This document shows positions 1 through 10,373 of a DNA stretch of 64,000 bases, piece after piece. How positions within the stretch are numbered: position 1 is the stretch's first letter; every line of letters starts with the position of its first letter. The notes under the pieces were generated by a model that made no database searches, was not told the DNA's origin, and worked only from the letters and a program-made list of their open reading frames with translations. Both the position numbers and the translations under genes were made by a program. This DNA comes from a virus: IMG/VR virus record IMGVR_UViG_3300025810_000004, positions 64,001 to 128,000 of that record; one strand, written 5' to 3'.

Positions 1-464
1 CTTTTGATTTCTGCTTCAACAACGACGTCGATATAGTCGCAGATGGTGGTATCAAAGTTTCCGGCGACATAGCCAAGGCAATAGGCGTCGGAGCCACTGT
101 GGTCATGGTGGGTTCTCTCCTGTCTGGTACCGACGAGTCACCCGGCGAGGTGTTTGAACACGGGGGTCGGAAGTACAAGACCTATCGGGGTATGGGCTCC
201 ATAGACGCCATGAAGGCTGGGTCCTCTGACAGGTATTTCCAGGACAACACCAAGAAGCTTGTGGCCGAAGGTATCAAGTCTCGTGTCCCCTACAAGGGCT
301 CTGTTCGGGACATCGTGTACCAGCTCGTCGGTGGCTTGCGTTCCGCCATGGGTTACACCGGACACCCCAACCTCAGCACCATGATCGGCAACTGCGAGTT
401 TGTCCGCATAACCAGCAGCGGGATCGTGGAGAGTCGCCCCCACAGCGTCGAGCAGGTTGACTGA
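1..464 (+). CDS. guaB: IMP dehydrogenase, C-terminal part (5' truncated by window)
   Basis: Frame open from nt 3; IVADGGI...[50 protein letters not shown] are IMPDH motifs. Confidence 0.95.
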   Translation, partial: FDFCFNNDVDIVADGGIKVSGDIAKAIGVGATVVMVGSLLSGTDESPGEVFEHGGRKYKTYRGMGSIDAMKAGSSDRYFQDNTKKLVAEGIKSRVPYKGSVRDIVYQLVGGLRSAMGYTGHPNLSTMIGNCEFVRITSSGIVESRPHSVEQVD

Positions 465-598
465 TTTCTCGTTGAAGATGGAGGTGTTCCCCGTGGAACG
501 GGATCCCTACGAAATCAGCGTGACCATTTCCGCAAAGGTCCGCTGAACTGCTCCAGACTGTATAAGAGGATGCCCCCGTAACCCATTGGAGCACTCTC

Positions 599-1114
599 AT
601 GAGCGTGGTATTTCCTGAGTCATCGGACCCTATGTCTTGGGTCACCAAGGATGGTCGAGTCCACAACATCTCGAAGATGGAGGACCGCCACATCCACAAG
701 GCATTGAAGCACCTGTACTCTCTTTCTGAGTCCGACGTCAGACAGGGTCTTCACCGTATGGTCAACGACCTCGAAAAGGAACACGGTGGTCCCACCGTGT
801 TCTCCATGCGGCTCCATAAGGTTGCCTCCTTCGGCTCCCTTCGTGAGGCCAGAGTCTCCTACACCCCCCAGCTTCCCCACCTGGAAGCCGAAGCTGAACT
901 GAGGAACATTGGTGGGTGGAGGTACCTCGTGTCCGACTCTCAGGTGCACAAGTCTCTGGGGGAGGTGCTTGGCGGCGCGGCCAACATCGTGAAGACCTAC
1001 AAGTCCCTGGGCCACAACCCCAACGTTCCCATCAAGGCAGAGATCGAGAGCATCGTGAACGCAGTCGAACTCCTGGAGAAGGCTGGGTACCGATTTGAGT
1101 CCTACCCCCGTTAG
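599..1114 (+). CDS. hypothetical protein
   Basis: 171-aa ORF with GGAG upstream; WVTKDGRVHNISKMEDRHI N-terminus resembles small phage proteins. Confidence 0.6.
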   Translation: MSVVFPESSDPMSWVTKDGRVHNISKMEDRHIHKALKHLYSLSESDVRQGLHRMVNDLEKEHGGPTVFSMRLHKVASFGSLREARVSYTPQLPHLEAEAELRNIGGWRYLVSDSQVHKSLGEVLGGAANIVKTYKSLGHNPNVPIKAEIESIVNAVELLEKAGYRFESYPR

Positions 1115-1117
1115 GAT

Positions 1118-1885
1118 TCACTCCTCGTCGGAAAAATCGATCACCCTTTTGGAAGCGTGTACCACGCACCGCTCCGGTCCATCGTGGTAGTATCGGCAGT
1201 TGTTCCCCAGACCACCTATGTACAGTCCGGTGGCTGGGTCGCAGCACAGACCGGGCCAACCCTCGTTGTGTTTTGTCGGCTTTCTTCTCATGGCTTCCGG
1301 AACTGGTTCGTAGAGCCCTCTGACCTTCCAATTCACGCCGAGGTGGGCTCGCCGCTTCCGGTTGACCATATTTGGGTTGAGCCTCCAAGCGTCCAGGGTG
1401 GCCTCCCTCAGGGCTTGGCAACAATATTCTTCGGCTCTGGCCTCCACCTGCAGTGGGCTGTCCTCGGTTATTCCGTGGTGCTTGTAATTGGTGTGTCCGC
1501 ATTTGAACACGGTCGGGAGTCCGAAGTCGCAGTCCGGGGACAATTCCACCCCCTGGTCTTCAGAGATTTCGATGTCTTCCGATGTCCCCGATGAGATGGG
1601 AGATGTCATGACTTGGGCCGCCGGACGGCCTTTGGTGCTCTTGGGGCTTTTCTTGACCTTGGTAGACTTCTTCTTGACCTTGGTAGACTTCTTCTTGACC
1701 TTGGTAGACTTCTTCTTGACTTTCTTGTCGGTTCTACCACTCAGGTCTTCCGGTACCCTCAAGTCATTCGAATTCGGCGAATTCAGAACTTGAGAGAATT
1801 CCTTCGAGGTCATTTCCAATTCGGGACTGGGCTTGGCGGGCTTCTTCTTCACCCACCCTTCTATCAGAGAATTTACGTTCCTCAT
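1118..1885 (-). CDS. hypothetical protein with Lys-rich repeats and Cys/His-rich C-terminus
   Basis: 255-aa ORF; (KVKKKST)n repeats; CGH, YCC, LCC, NCRY..H..RC..H. Confidence 0.7.
   Translation of the reverse strand: MRNVNSLIEGWVKKKPAKPSPELEMTSKEFSQVLNSPNSNDLRVPEDLSGRTDKKVKKKSTKVKKKSTKVKKKSTKVKKSPKSTKGRPAAQVMTSPISSGTSEDIEISEDQGVELSPDCDFGLPTVFKCGHTNYKHHGITEDSPLQVEARAEEYCCQALREATLDAWRLNPNMVNRKRRAHLGVNWKVRGLYEPVPEAMRRKPTKHNEGWPGLCCDPATGLYIGGLGNNCRYYHDGPERCVVHASKRVIDFSDEE
1650..1720. repeat. 21-bp tandem repeat, about 3.4 copies
   Basis: ttcttgaccttggtagacttc repeated; encodes KSTKVKK on the minus strand. Confidence 0.95.
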
Positions 1886-1934
1886 GTTCTTCCAGCGTTA
1901 GGTGAGTTATACGGCTCTTAGTTTAGAGGTGGAA

Positions 1935-3086
1935 TTGAGTAAAGAAATACAAATAGGGTTTCCCTGCCCTCACCTTGTGGTTGAGGAACCAGTTTCCCTG
2001 GGGAGCGACCGTCGGTCACTCGATACCAGAGCCCCTGTGTCCAATTCCAACACAGTCAGGGTCTTGGTAAACGACTCTTTCTATGTCCCTCCTTCCGGTC
2101 TCTATAACCAAGCTACCCTGTACAGTCCGGAGGGGCCTTTCAGGATAAGACCCTGCCTGGGCCTCGCTGGTCCGGATGCCAACCTGTTCACGGTCACCAC
2201 CAGCGCTGGCGAGGTCACGGTCAGGCTCCCCACCGGGGACCGGGTGTCTGTGACGAGGATAGTGGAATTCCTGAAGCTGAAGTTGGACGGGTTCTGCCTG
2301 GTCAGAGTATCCGACAACAAGTTCACCCTTTCCGACCCCTACGAAGCTGGCCGGGGGTCTTTTGTGAGGGTGGGGGGTGAGGCTTCCGACACACTCAGAT
2401 TCTCCCAGAAGATGGCCAGAGGGAAGGAGCTGTACCCCGCTTGGAACCTGGAGTCGAGAGACGAGGTTTTCCCCGCTTCCACCATAGGCAGGGTGGTCAT
2501 AGTCAAGGCTCGATACCCCAAATTCGTGTCTCCCATCAGGGGGAACCCCACGTTCAAGGTCACCTATTCTGCCATGCCGGAAAGGTGTCCGAGGTGCCAA
2601 GCCACATATGTGGAGAATGACTACAGGTTCAACCCGTCCGGGGAATTGCTGACCATAGTGAACGAGAATCTGCTCCAGCAGGTTTGTCTCAAGGCTATAC
2701 TCACCGTTCGGGGGTCCAATCCCTTCCACCCTGGGTATGGTTCAAGGATAATGGAACGGGTGGGGTCAAAGTCCGTTCGGGCCGTGGCCGCAAGGATAAG
2801 AGAAGATGTGGTGAACGCCCTGAACACAGTCCAAGAGCTGCAGAGGAAGCAGGGGGCCTTCCAGCAGGTCACCAACAAGGAGCGGCTGTATAGGGTGGTG
2901 ACTGTGGACGTCAAGCCGGGTCCGGACCCCACTGTCTTCAACATATCGGTAGTAGTTACCAACGGTTCCGGTTCCCCCGTCAGAACCACTGTGATCTATA
3001 CAGCGCCTGGTGCCGTGGCCCTCGCAGGCTCCAACGGCCAGTCCCTGGGGAAACAGCCAACCCGTGTGATACTGGGTGAGTCATGA
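1935..3086 (+). CDS. baseplate wedge protein with C-terminal gp25/GPW-like domain
   Basis: ENLLQQVCLKAILTVRGSNPFHPGYGS is gp25-like; overlaps baseplate J gene; TTG start chosen after GAGGTGG and downstream of the promoter motif. Confidence 0.75.
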   Translation: MSKEIQIGFPCPHLVVEEPVSLGSDRRSLDTRAPVSNSNTVRVLVNDSFYVPPSGLYNQATLYSPEGPFRIRPCLGLAGPDANLFTVTTSAGEVTVRLPTGDRVSVTRIVEFLKLKLDGFCLVRVSDNKFTLSDPYEAGRGSFVRVGGEASDTLRFSQKMARGKELYPAWNLESRDEVFPASTIGRVVIVKARYPKFVSPIRGNPTFKVTYSAMPERCPRCQATYVENDYRFNPSGELLTIVNENLLQQVCLKAILTVRGSNPFHPGYGSRIMERVGSKSVRAVAARIREDVVNALNTVQELQRKQGAFQQVTNKERLYRVVTVDVKPGPDPTVFNISVVVTNGSGSPVRTTVIYTAPGAVALAGSNGQSLGKQPTRVILGES

Positions 3087-6000
3087 GCGTCGCTATCAAG
3101 GGACCCGACGGGGTTTCCTACCAGGAATTGTTCTATTCCACGAATCTACAGGCTGTCTTCCTGAGCGGGAGCATACCCTCCTCCGCCGTGGAAGTGCAGG
3201 TAGACTTCAACGACTCAGGGTACAACTCCTATCAAGGTCTTGTGCGGTGGGGGGACGGAACCTGGACCTTCCCGGACCCCTCCTACGAGCCCGATGGTAT
3301 AGCGCTTTCTGTGGGAGTCAACTCCTTCAAGATCCGTGCTATCCTCCCCAATGGGTCGGTGACTCCCCCCGCCACGGCCAGTATAAGGTTCCTTGACAAT
3401 TCCGGAGCAGTGGCCAACTCCCCCACCTCCGTGTCTGTGGAGCAGAACAACAACTCTGTCTCCATCAACGTGGAACCCCCCGATGACCCCAACGGGTACC
3501 TTCGGGGCATAAACTTCTACGCCTCCACTTTTCCTGGGGGTGGGAGTTCTGGGTACTTCCGAATAAACGTCAACACGGTTTCCACTTCCAGCACCATCCA
3601 GAAGACCTCCCAGTTCGCCAATTCCCAGTTTGACGTTACGGTCAAGGCGGATGCCAACGGCAATCACGTTGCCGACCCCATGTACTTCAGGGTGGCGGGG
3701 TCACAAGAGGACTCAGACGAGGTTCTCCTTCAATCTGACTTCTCCGAGAAGTACGAAATACCAGAGTCTGCTGTTTCCATAAGGTACGTTTCTCAGCTCG
3801 AAGAGATCCGCACGGTCGAGGTCTTCAGCTTTGACCACAACCGCAGTTTCGGCCCCACCTCTGTCGTCCCAACCGTTGGCGTATCCGAATTCCGGTCTCT
3901 CTCAAACACCGAGCCTCTGTACTACGTGGCGACTGCAGTCTTCTACGACCCCATCCAGAAGCTCGAATACGAGTCTGCCTTTTCGGCTGAGGTCGTTGCC
4001 CATCCCGCGACGGTCACCCGCCTCCTCGGTTCGATAGGCACCGCTTCCAGGCAGGATATACTCCAGCAGTTCGTCACTGCCATATTCCGGAGCAACCCTC
4101 AGGTCAAGGTGGAGGTGGGGTCAGTCCTTCGCGACACGGTCATAGACCCCTTCACCTCCGAGTCTGAGAAGCTCCGGTTCATATTGGACTTCTACAACCG
4201 GGCCAGAACCCCGGCCCTTCTCCTTCAGATAGACGACCCCGACGGTTCCGGAACCAGCGTCCCCGTTTCCCAGAGCACCTACAAATCGGGACTGAAGTCC
4301 GCGTTGTACTTCGACACCGATTCCCAGGTGCAGGACCTCATAGACTCGGCTTTCGAGTCTTACGCCTCAAACTTCGGTGTCACCCGCAAGGCTGGGGTCT
4401 CGGCCAGAGGTGAAGTCACCTTCTTCACCTCCACCAGACCCCAGACCACGGTTTCCATACCTATAGGAACTCAGGTTTCCGGTGGGGGCCAGACCTTTTC
4501 CGTCACCCAGAACGTTTCCATACCCGTGGGGCAGCTGGCTTCCTATTATGACCCGGTTTCTGGGTTCTACAAGGTGAACGCCCCCATCCGGTCTGTAGAA
4601 GTCGGAACTCAGACCAACCTGGGTGCTGGTCAGATAAACAAGATCCTGTCCAACGTGGGCTCCAAAATTCGCGTCACGAATTCCGCCTCTACCTTTGGGG
4701 GTCAGGAAGGGGAGAGCAACCTTTCCCTCACCACCAGAGTGCAGAACCGACTGTCCTCTGTGGACTCAGGCACCAAGCAAGGGTACCAGCAGTCTGCTGC
4801 GAACACCCCCGGTGTCATAAAGTCAGGTGTCGTGGCGGCTGGGGACCCACTCATGCAGCGGGACCTCGACCAGACGGGGACCCATAGGGGTGGGAAGGTG
4901 GACGTTTGGGTGCAGGGAACCAACCTCACCACGGTCACCGATTCCTTCGCCTTCACGTTTGAGATCAAGTCGGACGTTCAATTCGAGGTTCTGGATACCG
5001 CCTCTTTGACGTTCAGGGCCATAGACTCCGACCTGTCCGAGTTTGACCCCATCATTGAAATGCTGGACAACTCCGTTATAGGCTATGAGTTCGTAAACGC
5101 CTCCACCGGGCAGGCTTTCGATTTGCAGGGAGTCAAGATAGTCTCCTACAACACCATAGAGTTGGACACTAGTTTGGTCCAACCGTCTGTGGACCTCACG
5201 GACGTGGTGTTGGGTTCTTATCGGAAACGCACTGGCACGGATTTCGTCTTCGTCAGACAGCCCGTCTTTGGGGTCACCTCCCTTGAAGGAGCTGTAAGCG
5301 GCGACATTCCCAGCTCGGCGTACACTCTCGTTCATCCCAATGCCCCCTTGTCTTACGGCAGGTCTATCCTGGCTGGGGACTTCTTGTCGGTGGTCGGGTA
5401 CACAGACGACAGCGGAAACTCCGTCCCCAGTGGTGACACGAATTCCGTGACGGACGAGCAGCACGTTCTGGTGGGTCAGTACCCGGAGTTTCTGGACAGC
5501 CTGGGGACCAACTTCCTCACCATAGTGGTGAAAAGCTCCGATGGCCTCACCACCTATGCTGGACCACTCGATCCGGGTGGCGCTCCCGACTACCAGATAA
5601 CCCTCGGTACCCAGACCACTGCGGTGAGCATAACCAGAACGGATTCAAGTTCCATACCGAGTGGGGCGATAGTTCTCGTATCGTACGAACACGACGAGAA
5701 TTTCACCGTGACCTACACCACCAACCTGATAGTCAAAACCACCCAGGACTCCATAGACCAGACCAAACACGCTACTGCAGATGTCCTTGTGAAGGAGGCA
5801 GTTCCCATTCCCATAGACGTGGAAGCCACCATACTTCTGTCTCCGGGCGTGGATACCGGGGTGGCTGACACCTCGCTCAGAACAAACCTCAACAACTTCT
5901 TCGGCCAGCTTCGGTTGGGGGACCCAGTAAGGCAGTCGGACATCATAAACGTCATCGAGGGAACCAGTGGCGTTTCATACGTGGTCGTTCCCCTCACAAA

Positions 6001-6538
6001 GATGGTCCGTCAGGAAGGCAGCACCGTCGTCAGGGAGCAACTGTCGACCGATACAGCTGCGGAAAGCACCCTTCTCACGGGGTTGGTGGCTTCGGCTTCT
6101 TCTGTGTTTATCCTCAACCAGGAGTTCTCCGCCGCAACCGTTGACGGCGGGGGTCAGGAAGGGGACTTCAAGGCGGTATTCCAAGACGATTTGGAGCTAG
6201 AACTTTTGCCCTCCTCCTCCACTCTTCAGTCCCTCGCTTTGGGTCCCGGTTACGCCTTCATTATTGGTGAAAAGGGTATGTCTATACCGGGATTTTCGGA
6301 TGACGCCACCCTCGAAGCTGAGGGGTATACCACCGAGTCTGCCAAATCCTCCCGCAGAAAAGAAATAACTGCCAACAGGGCTGTGGTTTCCGTCGCGGTT
6401 GGGGACTCCCCCGTCAACCACGAGTATTCGGTCACCTACATCGTGGGGAACGACACTGGCTCAAAGAACATAGACCCAGGCGGGGCCGAATTCTGTCAGG
6501 TGGGAACCCTGACCCTGACCTACGACGAGGACTCCTGA
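3083..6538 (+). CDS. baseplate J-like (gp6-like) wedge protein
   Basis: ASNFGVTRKAGVSARGEVTF, IPIGTQV, GTQTNLGAGQI, VTNSASTFGGQEGESN, GKVDVWV, LGDPVRQSDIINVIEGTSGVSYV. Confidence 0.85.
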   Translation: MSVAIKGPDGVSYQELFYSTNLQAVFLSGSIPSSAVEVQVDFNDSGYNSYQGLVRWGDGTWTFPDPSYEPDGIALSVGVNSFKIRAILPNGSVTPPATASIRFLDNSGAVANSPTSVSVEQNNNSVSINVEPPDDPNGYLRGINFYASTFPGGGSSGYFRINVNTVSTSSTIQKTSQFANSQFDVTVKADANGNHVADPMYFRVAGSQEDSDEVLLQSDFSEKYEIPESAVSIRYVSQLEEIRTVEVFSFDHNRSFGPTSVVPTVGVSEFRSLSNTEPLYYVATAVFYDPIQKLEYESAFSAEVVAHPATVTRLLGSIGTASRQDILQQFVTAIFRSNPQVKVEVGSVLRDTVIDPFTSESEKLRFILDFYNRARTPALLLQIDDPDGSGTSVPVSQSTYKSGLKSALYFDTDSQVQDLIDSAFESYASNFGVTRKAGVSARGEVTFFTSTRPQTTVSIPIGTQVSGGGQTFSVTQNVSIPVGQLASYYDPVSGFYKVNAPIRSVEVGTQTNLGAGQINKILSNVGSKIRVTNSASTFGGQEGESNLSLTTRVQNRLSSVDSGTKQGYQQSAANTPGVIKSGVVAAGDPLMQRDLDQTGTHRGGKVDVWVQGTNLTTVTDSFAFTFEIKSDVQFEVLDTASLTFRAIDSDLSEFDPIIEMLDNSVIGYEFVNASTGQAFDLQGVKIVSYNTIELDTSLVQPSVDLTDVVLGSYRKRTGTDFVFVRQPVFGVTSLEGAVSGDIPSSAYTLVHPNAPLSYGRSILAGDFLSVVGYTDDSGNSVPSGDTNSVTDEQHVLVGQYPEFLDSLGTNFLTIVVKSSDGLTTYAGPLDPGGAPDYQITLGTQTTAVSITRTDSSSIPSGAIVLVSYEHDENFTVTYTTNLIVKTTQDSIDQTKHATADVLVKEAVPIPIDVEATILLSPGVDTGVADTSLRTNLNNFFGQLRLGDPVRQSDIINVIEGTSGVSYVVVPLTKMVRQEGSTVVREQLSTDTAAESTLLTGLVASASSVFILNQEFSAATVDGGGQEGDFKAVFQDDLELELLPSSSTLQSLALGPGYAFIIGEKGMSIPGFSDDATLEAEGYTTESAKSSRRKEITANRAVVSVAVGDSPVNHEYSVTYIVGNDTGSKNIDPGGAEFCQVGTLTLTYDEDS

Positions 6539-6694
6539 TTGTGGCTTCCTTTGATATGGCATGTTTGGTCTGCTACAACCTCATATCACATGGGCTCCGC
6601 AAGAGCGAGATCGCCGCTGCGATGAACGAACCCCCCGACTTCGTTTCCAAGGTGATGCGGGCCATCCGAAAGGTCGCCGCCGATTGGCGGGATC

Positions 6695-6949
6695 ATGTCG
6701 GCATCTGACCAGAACCAGACACAAGCGAAGCCACCCGGCCACACCTGCCCCACCATCGACAAGGCCCAGCGGTCGATGCGCCGTCTCGCGTGGCGAGCAC
6801 GGCAACCGGAGCGGACGGCGGACACCTCCGAAGTGCTGGCAGAGGGGCTGGCACTACTGGAGTCCGTCAGGGCCGAGAACGCTGCGATGCGGAAGGCGTA
6901 CTACGAGATGCGTAGCAGACTGCGGGAGGTGGAAGATGGCAAGGCGTGA
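6695..6949 (+). CDS. hypothetical protein
   Basis: PGHTCPTID...LESVRAENAAMR; coupled to downstream small ORFs. Confidence 0.6.
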   Translation: MSASDQNQTQAKPPGHTCPTIDKAQRSMRRLAWRARQPERTADTSEVLAEGLALLESVRAENAAMRKAYYEMRSRLREVEDGKA

Positions 6950-7136
6950 GGCTCACTGTCTGGTATGCGGTCGGAAGTACATCGACTATGACGCCGCACC
7001 CCGCTTCTTCTGCTCCGTGGGTTGTGCGGCGGACGCTGGCGACCTCTCCCACGAGCGGGTCCATCGAGATACTGGACGAACCCGCCCAGCCCGAGTCGTC
7101 CGGTCCATCAAGAAGGCGACGGTGAGTGATGACTGA
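6936..7136 (+). CDS. small zinc-finger protein
   Basis: MARREAHCLVCG...FFCSVGC (CxxC...CxxxC); GGAGG upstream; real start lies inside track ORF 6561. Confidence 0.55.
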   Translation: MARREAHCLVCGRKYIDYDAAPRFFCSVGCAADAGDLSHERVHRDTGRTRPARVVRSIKKATVSDD

Positions 7137-7506
7137 CCCCCACCGAGAACTCCGCGACAACCTGTCGAACATCGACCCCGCATGGCGAGGGGAGATCGAG
7201 TCCCTGCTGGCCGACCGGGACCACCTTCTCCGCGTTCTACGGGTGGAGAAGGTGGTCACATCGGCGGCACCCGAGGGGTGGACCTATCTGCCCAAGGAAC
7301 CCACTGAGATGTGGGTGTGGAACGGACCCTTCACCCACAACGTCCGACCCGTCATCGTCCGCAAGAGTGCGCGGGTGTGGGAACTCCGACAGAAACCCGA
7401 TGGGGGGATGGCGCTGTCCTTCCCGACTGCGCTGGAGGCCATGCTCGCTGAGCCTCCGTGGGCGTCCATCGAGGACGGGGACACGCAGGAGATCACGCTG
7501 TGGTGA
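7129..7506 (+). CDS. hypothetical protein
   Basis: ORF overlapping the previous stop; GC-rich small-gene cluster. Confidence 0.55.
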   Translation: MTDPHRELRDNLSNIDPAWRGEIESLLADRDHLLRVLRVEKVVTSAAPEGWTYLPKEPTEMWVWNGPFTHNVRPVIVRKSARVWELRQKPDGGMALSFPTALEAMLAEPPWASIEDGDTQEITLW

Positions 7507-7510
7507 GTGA

Positions 7511-8704
7511 CTACGCCTTGGGCGGTCTCCACCCCACAGGGTCAGCCACCCACGGATGATCTACACCCTCGCCACGGCACAGGGGTGAGTCCTCTGGCGT
7601 CCAGTGACACCGTGCCTTCCCGCGTTTGGAGTGCTTGAGCCTATACTCTGCACGGAGGGCTTCGGAGCGGCTGTAGTACGGGCCGTAGCAGGCTCGGGCG
7701 ACCCACGGACGGTGCTTGGAAGTCCACTTTCCTCCTCCCTTCTTGCCCATCTTGCCGTTGGCGTAGCGCCCGTTGTGCTCACGGAGCCGTCGAGCCGGAT
7801 CTGTGGTCATCCCAACGTAAAAGTAGCCGGGGAGGACTCGACCCGTCTTGGGACTCACCCGCTTCTGCTCACTTTGCAAGACGTACACCCAGTAGAGGCG
7901 GGACCGCTTCTCCTTGACTTTCACATTTAGGCAGTTGGGGTCGTCCATGTGTTCCTCGATGATCTGGGACTCGACCTCAAGAGCCTCGTCGTCGGTGTCG
8001 CACTCCACCAGTACCCGCCATGTGGCGGTGCTCCAGTCCTGCTCGTTGAGGGCGGCTGTGTGACACCCCCTCGCAGATTTGCTCTTGTGGACATTGAACC
8101 GAAGGTCAGGACGGGTTGACTTGCCGTAGTAGTAGCAGCCATTGGCGAATGTAATGCAGTACACCCGTGGGCGCTTCGTGGCTTCCCTCTTGGCTCTCAG
8201 GGAATCCTTGTTCGCTTCCCGGTACTCGCGTTGGTACGCCGCCCTCATCTCCCGTCTGGCTCTCTCTGTGGCAACGATCCGCTCCTTGTTCGCTTCCCGG
8301 TACTCCCGCGCATGAGCCGCCTTCATCTCCCGTCTGGCTTTGCGGTACTCGCGTTGGTACGCCACATTCTTCGCCCGATTCGCCTCTCGGTAGGCTCTCT
8401 CTGTGGCAACGATCCGCTCCTTGTTCGCTTCCCGGTAGGCTGCAACCCGAACACTAATCTTCTCTTTGTTCGCTTCCCAGTACGCCTTCCCGCGAGCAGC
8501 GATTCGCTCCTTATTCGCTTCCCTGTAGGCTTTCAGACAAGCCTTGCAGTAGACCTGCAAGCCATCCTTCCGATTGCGGTCACGGTTGTACTCGGAGAGA
8601 GGCTTGTCCTCGCCGCACTTGCTACAGGTCTTCGTCGTCGGGGCGGCGGGATCCCGTTCAATCCCGAACAGGTCAAACACATCAAGGGTATCGTAGGGCA
8701 GCAT
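7511..8704 (-). CDS. tandem GIY-YIG endonuclease with N-terminal Zn ribbon and YREANK repeats
   Basis: KTCSKC..CKAC; VYCITF..YYYGKS..R...H..E (GIY-YIG 1); WVYVLQS..FYVGMTTDPARRLREHNG..GGKWT..RPW..SEALRAEYRLK (SLX1/YhbQ-like GIY-YIG 2). Confidence 0.85.
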   Translation of the reverse strand: MLPYDTLDVFDLFGIERDPAAPTTKTCSKCGEDKPLSEYNRDRNRKDGLQVYCKACLKAYREANKERIAARGKAYWEANKEKISVRVAAYREANKERIVATERAYREANRAKNVAYQREYRKARREMKAAHAREYREANKERIVATERARREMRAAYQREYREANKDSLRAKREATKRPRVYCITFANGCYYYGKSTRPDLRFNVHKSKSARGCHTAALNEQDWSTATWRVLVECDTDDEALEVESQIIEEHMDDPNCLNVKVKEKRSRLYWVYVLQSEQKRVSPKTGRVLPGYFYVGMTTDPARRLREHNGRYANGKMGKKGGGKWTSKHRPWVARACYGPYYSRSEALRAEYRLKHSKRGKARCHWTPEDSPLCRGEGVDHPWVADPVGWRPPKA

Positions 8705-8875
8705 CGCTTACCTCTGGTACAGGTTCGTGGTGTCAGAGACGGCGGGGTGTTGGCGCACCTCGTCGTCTCGCCCCTACCGGGCGCATAGGCTGGCTACCGA
8801 GCCGAGATCAACGCCTCTGTGATGGCTGAGATCACCGAGTAGAAGGGGATTAGAACCGCTTCTCAACCCAAGCAT

Positions 8876-9304
8876 TCAGAGCGTCCAGTTGCCGCGACTG
8901 TCGCGGATCGTTCCTTGGTAACCCCAACTGCCGTCGTTGAGCACCGAGTAGACCTCGATACGCCTTGGGTCACCCGGAACGGTGTTCAATGCTGTGGTGC
9001 GAGGGCCATACCCCTTCAAGTCCCACTCAAACTTCGTGGCCCAGATGCGAGCCGCGTCCTTGTGCTCGTAGACGCTATCGACCTTGATCAGCTTCCCGCC
9101 CTGCTTTCGGAGGTACACCTCACGAGCCTCGGTAGCGCCAGAGACGTTCTCTGGTTTGCGGGTGGGGACGAACCCCGACAGGGGATTCCTACCTGCGTAG
9201 ACCAAGCCAGCCAGAACCGCACGGCGTTCATCGGAGCCCTTCACCATGGTCGAAGCCAAGCGAATGAGAGCAGATCGGTCAGCGGCAGTAAGGGAACGGG
9301 ACAT
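8876..9304 (-). CDS. LTASDR-leader protein 1 (unknown cargo)
   Basis: Starts MSRSLTAADRSALIRLASTMVKGSDERRAVLAGL; GGAG RBS. Confidence 0.8.
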   Translation of the reverse strand: MSRSLTAADRSALIRLASTMVKGSDERRAVLAGLVYAGRNPLSGFVPTRKPENVSGATEAREVYLRKQGGKLIKVDSVYEHKDAARIWATKFEWDLKGYGPRTTALNTVPGDPRRIEVYSVLNDGSWGYQGTIRDSRGNWTL

Positions 9305-9418
9305 GATGGGGTCACTCCAAGGTGTCTGCCCCACCGGGCGCATAGGCTGGCTACCGTGTAGTAGCCCCAGTCGCAGTCACAGGGGTCACAGCCGCAGCAG
9401 GGGGCGCATGAACAACTC

Positions 9419-9988
9419 CTATTTTCTGTTGAACCAGGACTTTATTCTAAGCAGGAGCCTGCCCAGAAAGGACATTCGCCAGAGCGTGTTATACAGTCTC
9501 ATGACGTCCTCTGTATCCTTCAGGGCGGTGTGGGCGTCCTTCTTGTCCCATCCAAGGAAGTCCCTCACACTGTCCAGTGAAGCGCGTTTGAGACCTATGG
9601 GGGTCAGGTGCTCAAATACCAGAGTCACCGTGTCTATCTTGTGGTACGGGATCTTCCTGTTTATCCCGTGACGGAGGAACACAGCCTTTATTATGGACTC
9701 GTCAAAAGACACGTTGTGTCCCACGAGGGTACAATTCTCAAGTATGGTAACCACCCTTCCGGCGATTTCCTCTATAGTGGGGGCGTCCTCCCACTTTTCC
9801 GGGTCATACCCGTTTATGGCAAGGGATTTGGGGTTGGCATTGATCATTTCCTCCTTCGTGGGCTTCACGAAGGAGTGGAATCTGTCCACCTCCACACCTT
9901 CTTCCACCCTTATGATGGCTATTTCCAGTATGGCCGCTTTGTTTGGGTCAAGTTCTGTGGTTTCCGTGTCTATAAAGGCCAGTTTCAT
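9419..9988 (-). CDS. DEDDh 3'-5' exonuclease (DnaQ/epsilon-like)
   Basis: IDTETT (ExoI), VGHNVSFD (ExoII), HTALKD (ExoIII). Confidence 0.92.
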   Translation of the reverse strand: MKLAFIDTETTELDPNKAAILEIAIIRVEEGVEVDRFHSFVKPTKEEMINANPKSLAINGYDPEKWEDAPTIEEIAGRVVTILENCTLVGHNVSFDESIIKAVFLRHGINRKIPYHKIDTVTLVFEHLTPIGLKRASLDSVRDFLGWDKKDAHTALKDTEDVMRLYNTLWRMSFLGRLLLRIKSWFNRK

Positions 9989-10014
9989 GGTTTGGTTCCT
10001 TCGGAGAGGTTCTT

Positions 10015-10308
10015 GTGTCTAAAGAAGGCGATGGAAACAGTAACGTGGTCAATATTGATGACCACAGAGTAAGATACCCTCTCGCATACTTCGAAGCTGT
10101 ATGGGGGGAGTCAGAATTCGGCTGGAACGCCAAAATCGTTGATATCGAGAGCCTGAGGAGGAATGTACCCCTCCAGAACCTGACCATGCGACCCCCCGAA
10201 ACTTCGTACGAGGTTGAACTTATAATCAGGCATCTGAGAGCCGCTGCCAACGACATAGCCAAAGGCCACAGGCTCAATCATCTGGTGAAGCCCGAAGACG
10301 ACATCTAA
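10015..10308 (+). CDS. hypothetical protein
   Basis: 97-aa ORF, GAGG upstream. Confidence 0.55.
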   Translation: MSKEGDGNSNVVNIDDHRVRYPLAYFEAVWGESEFGWNAKIVDIESLRRNVPLQNLTMRPPETSYEVELIIRHLRAAANDIAKGHRLNHLVKPEDDI

Positions 10309-10373
10309 TAGCTCTTCTATGGGTAAAATAGGTATCGGGGTTATGAGCCCCGTCACCCCAAAGAGGTACGAAA

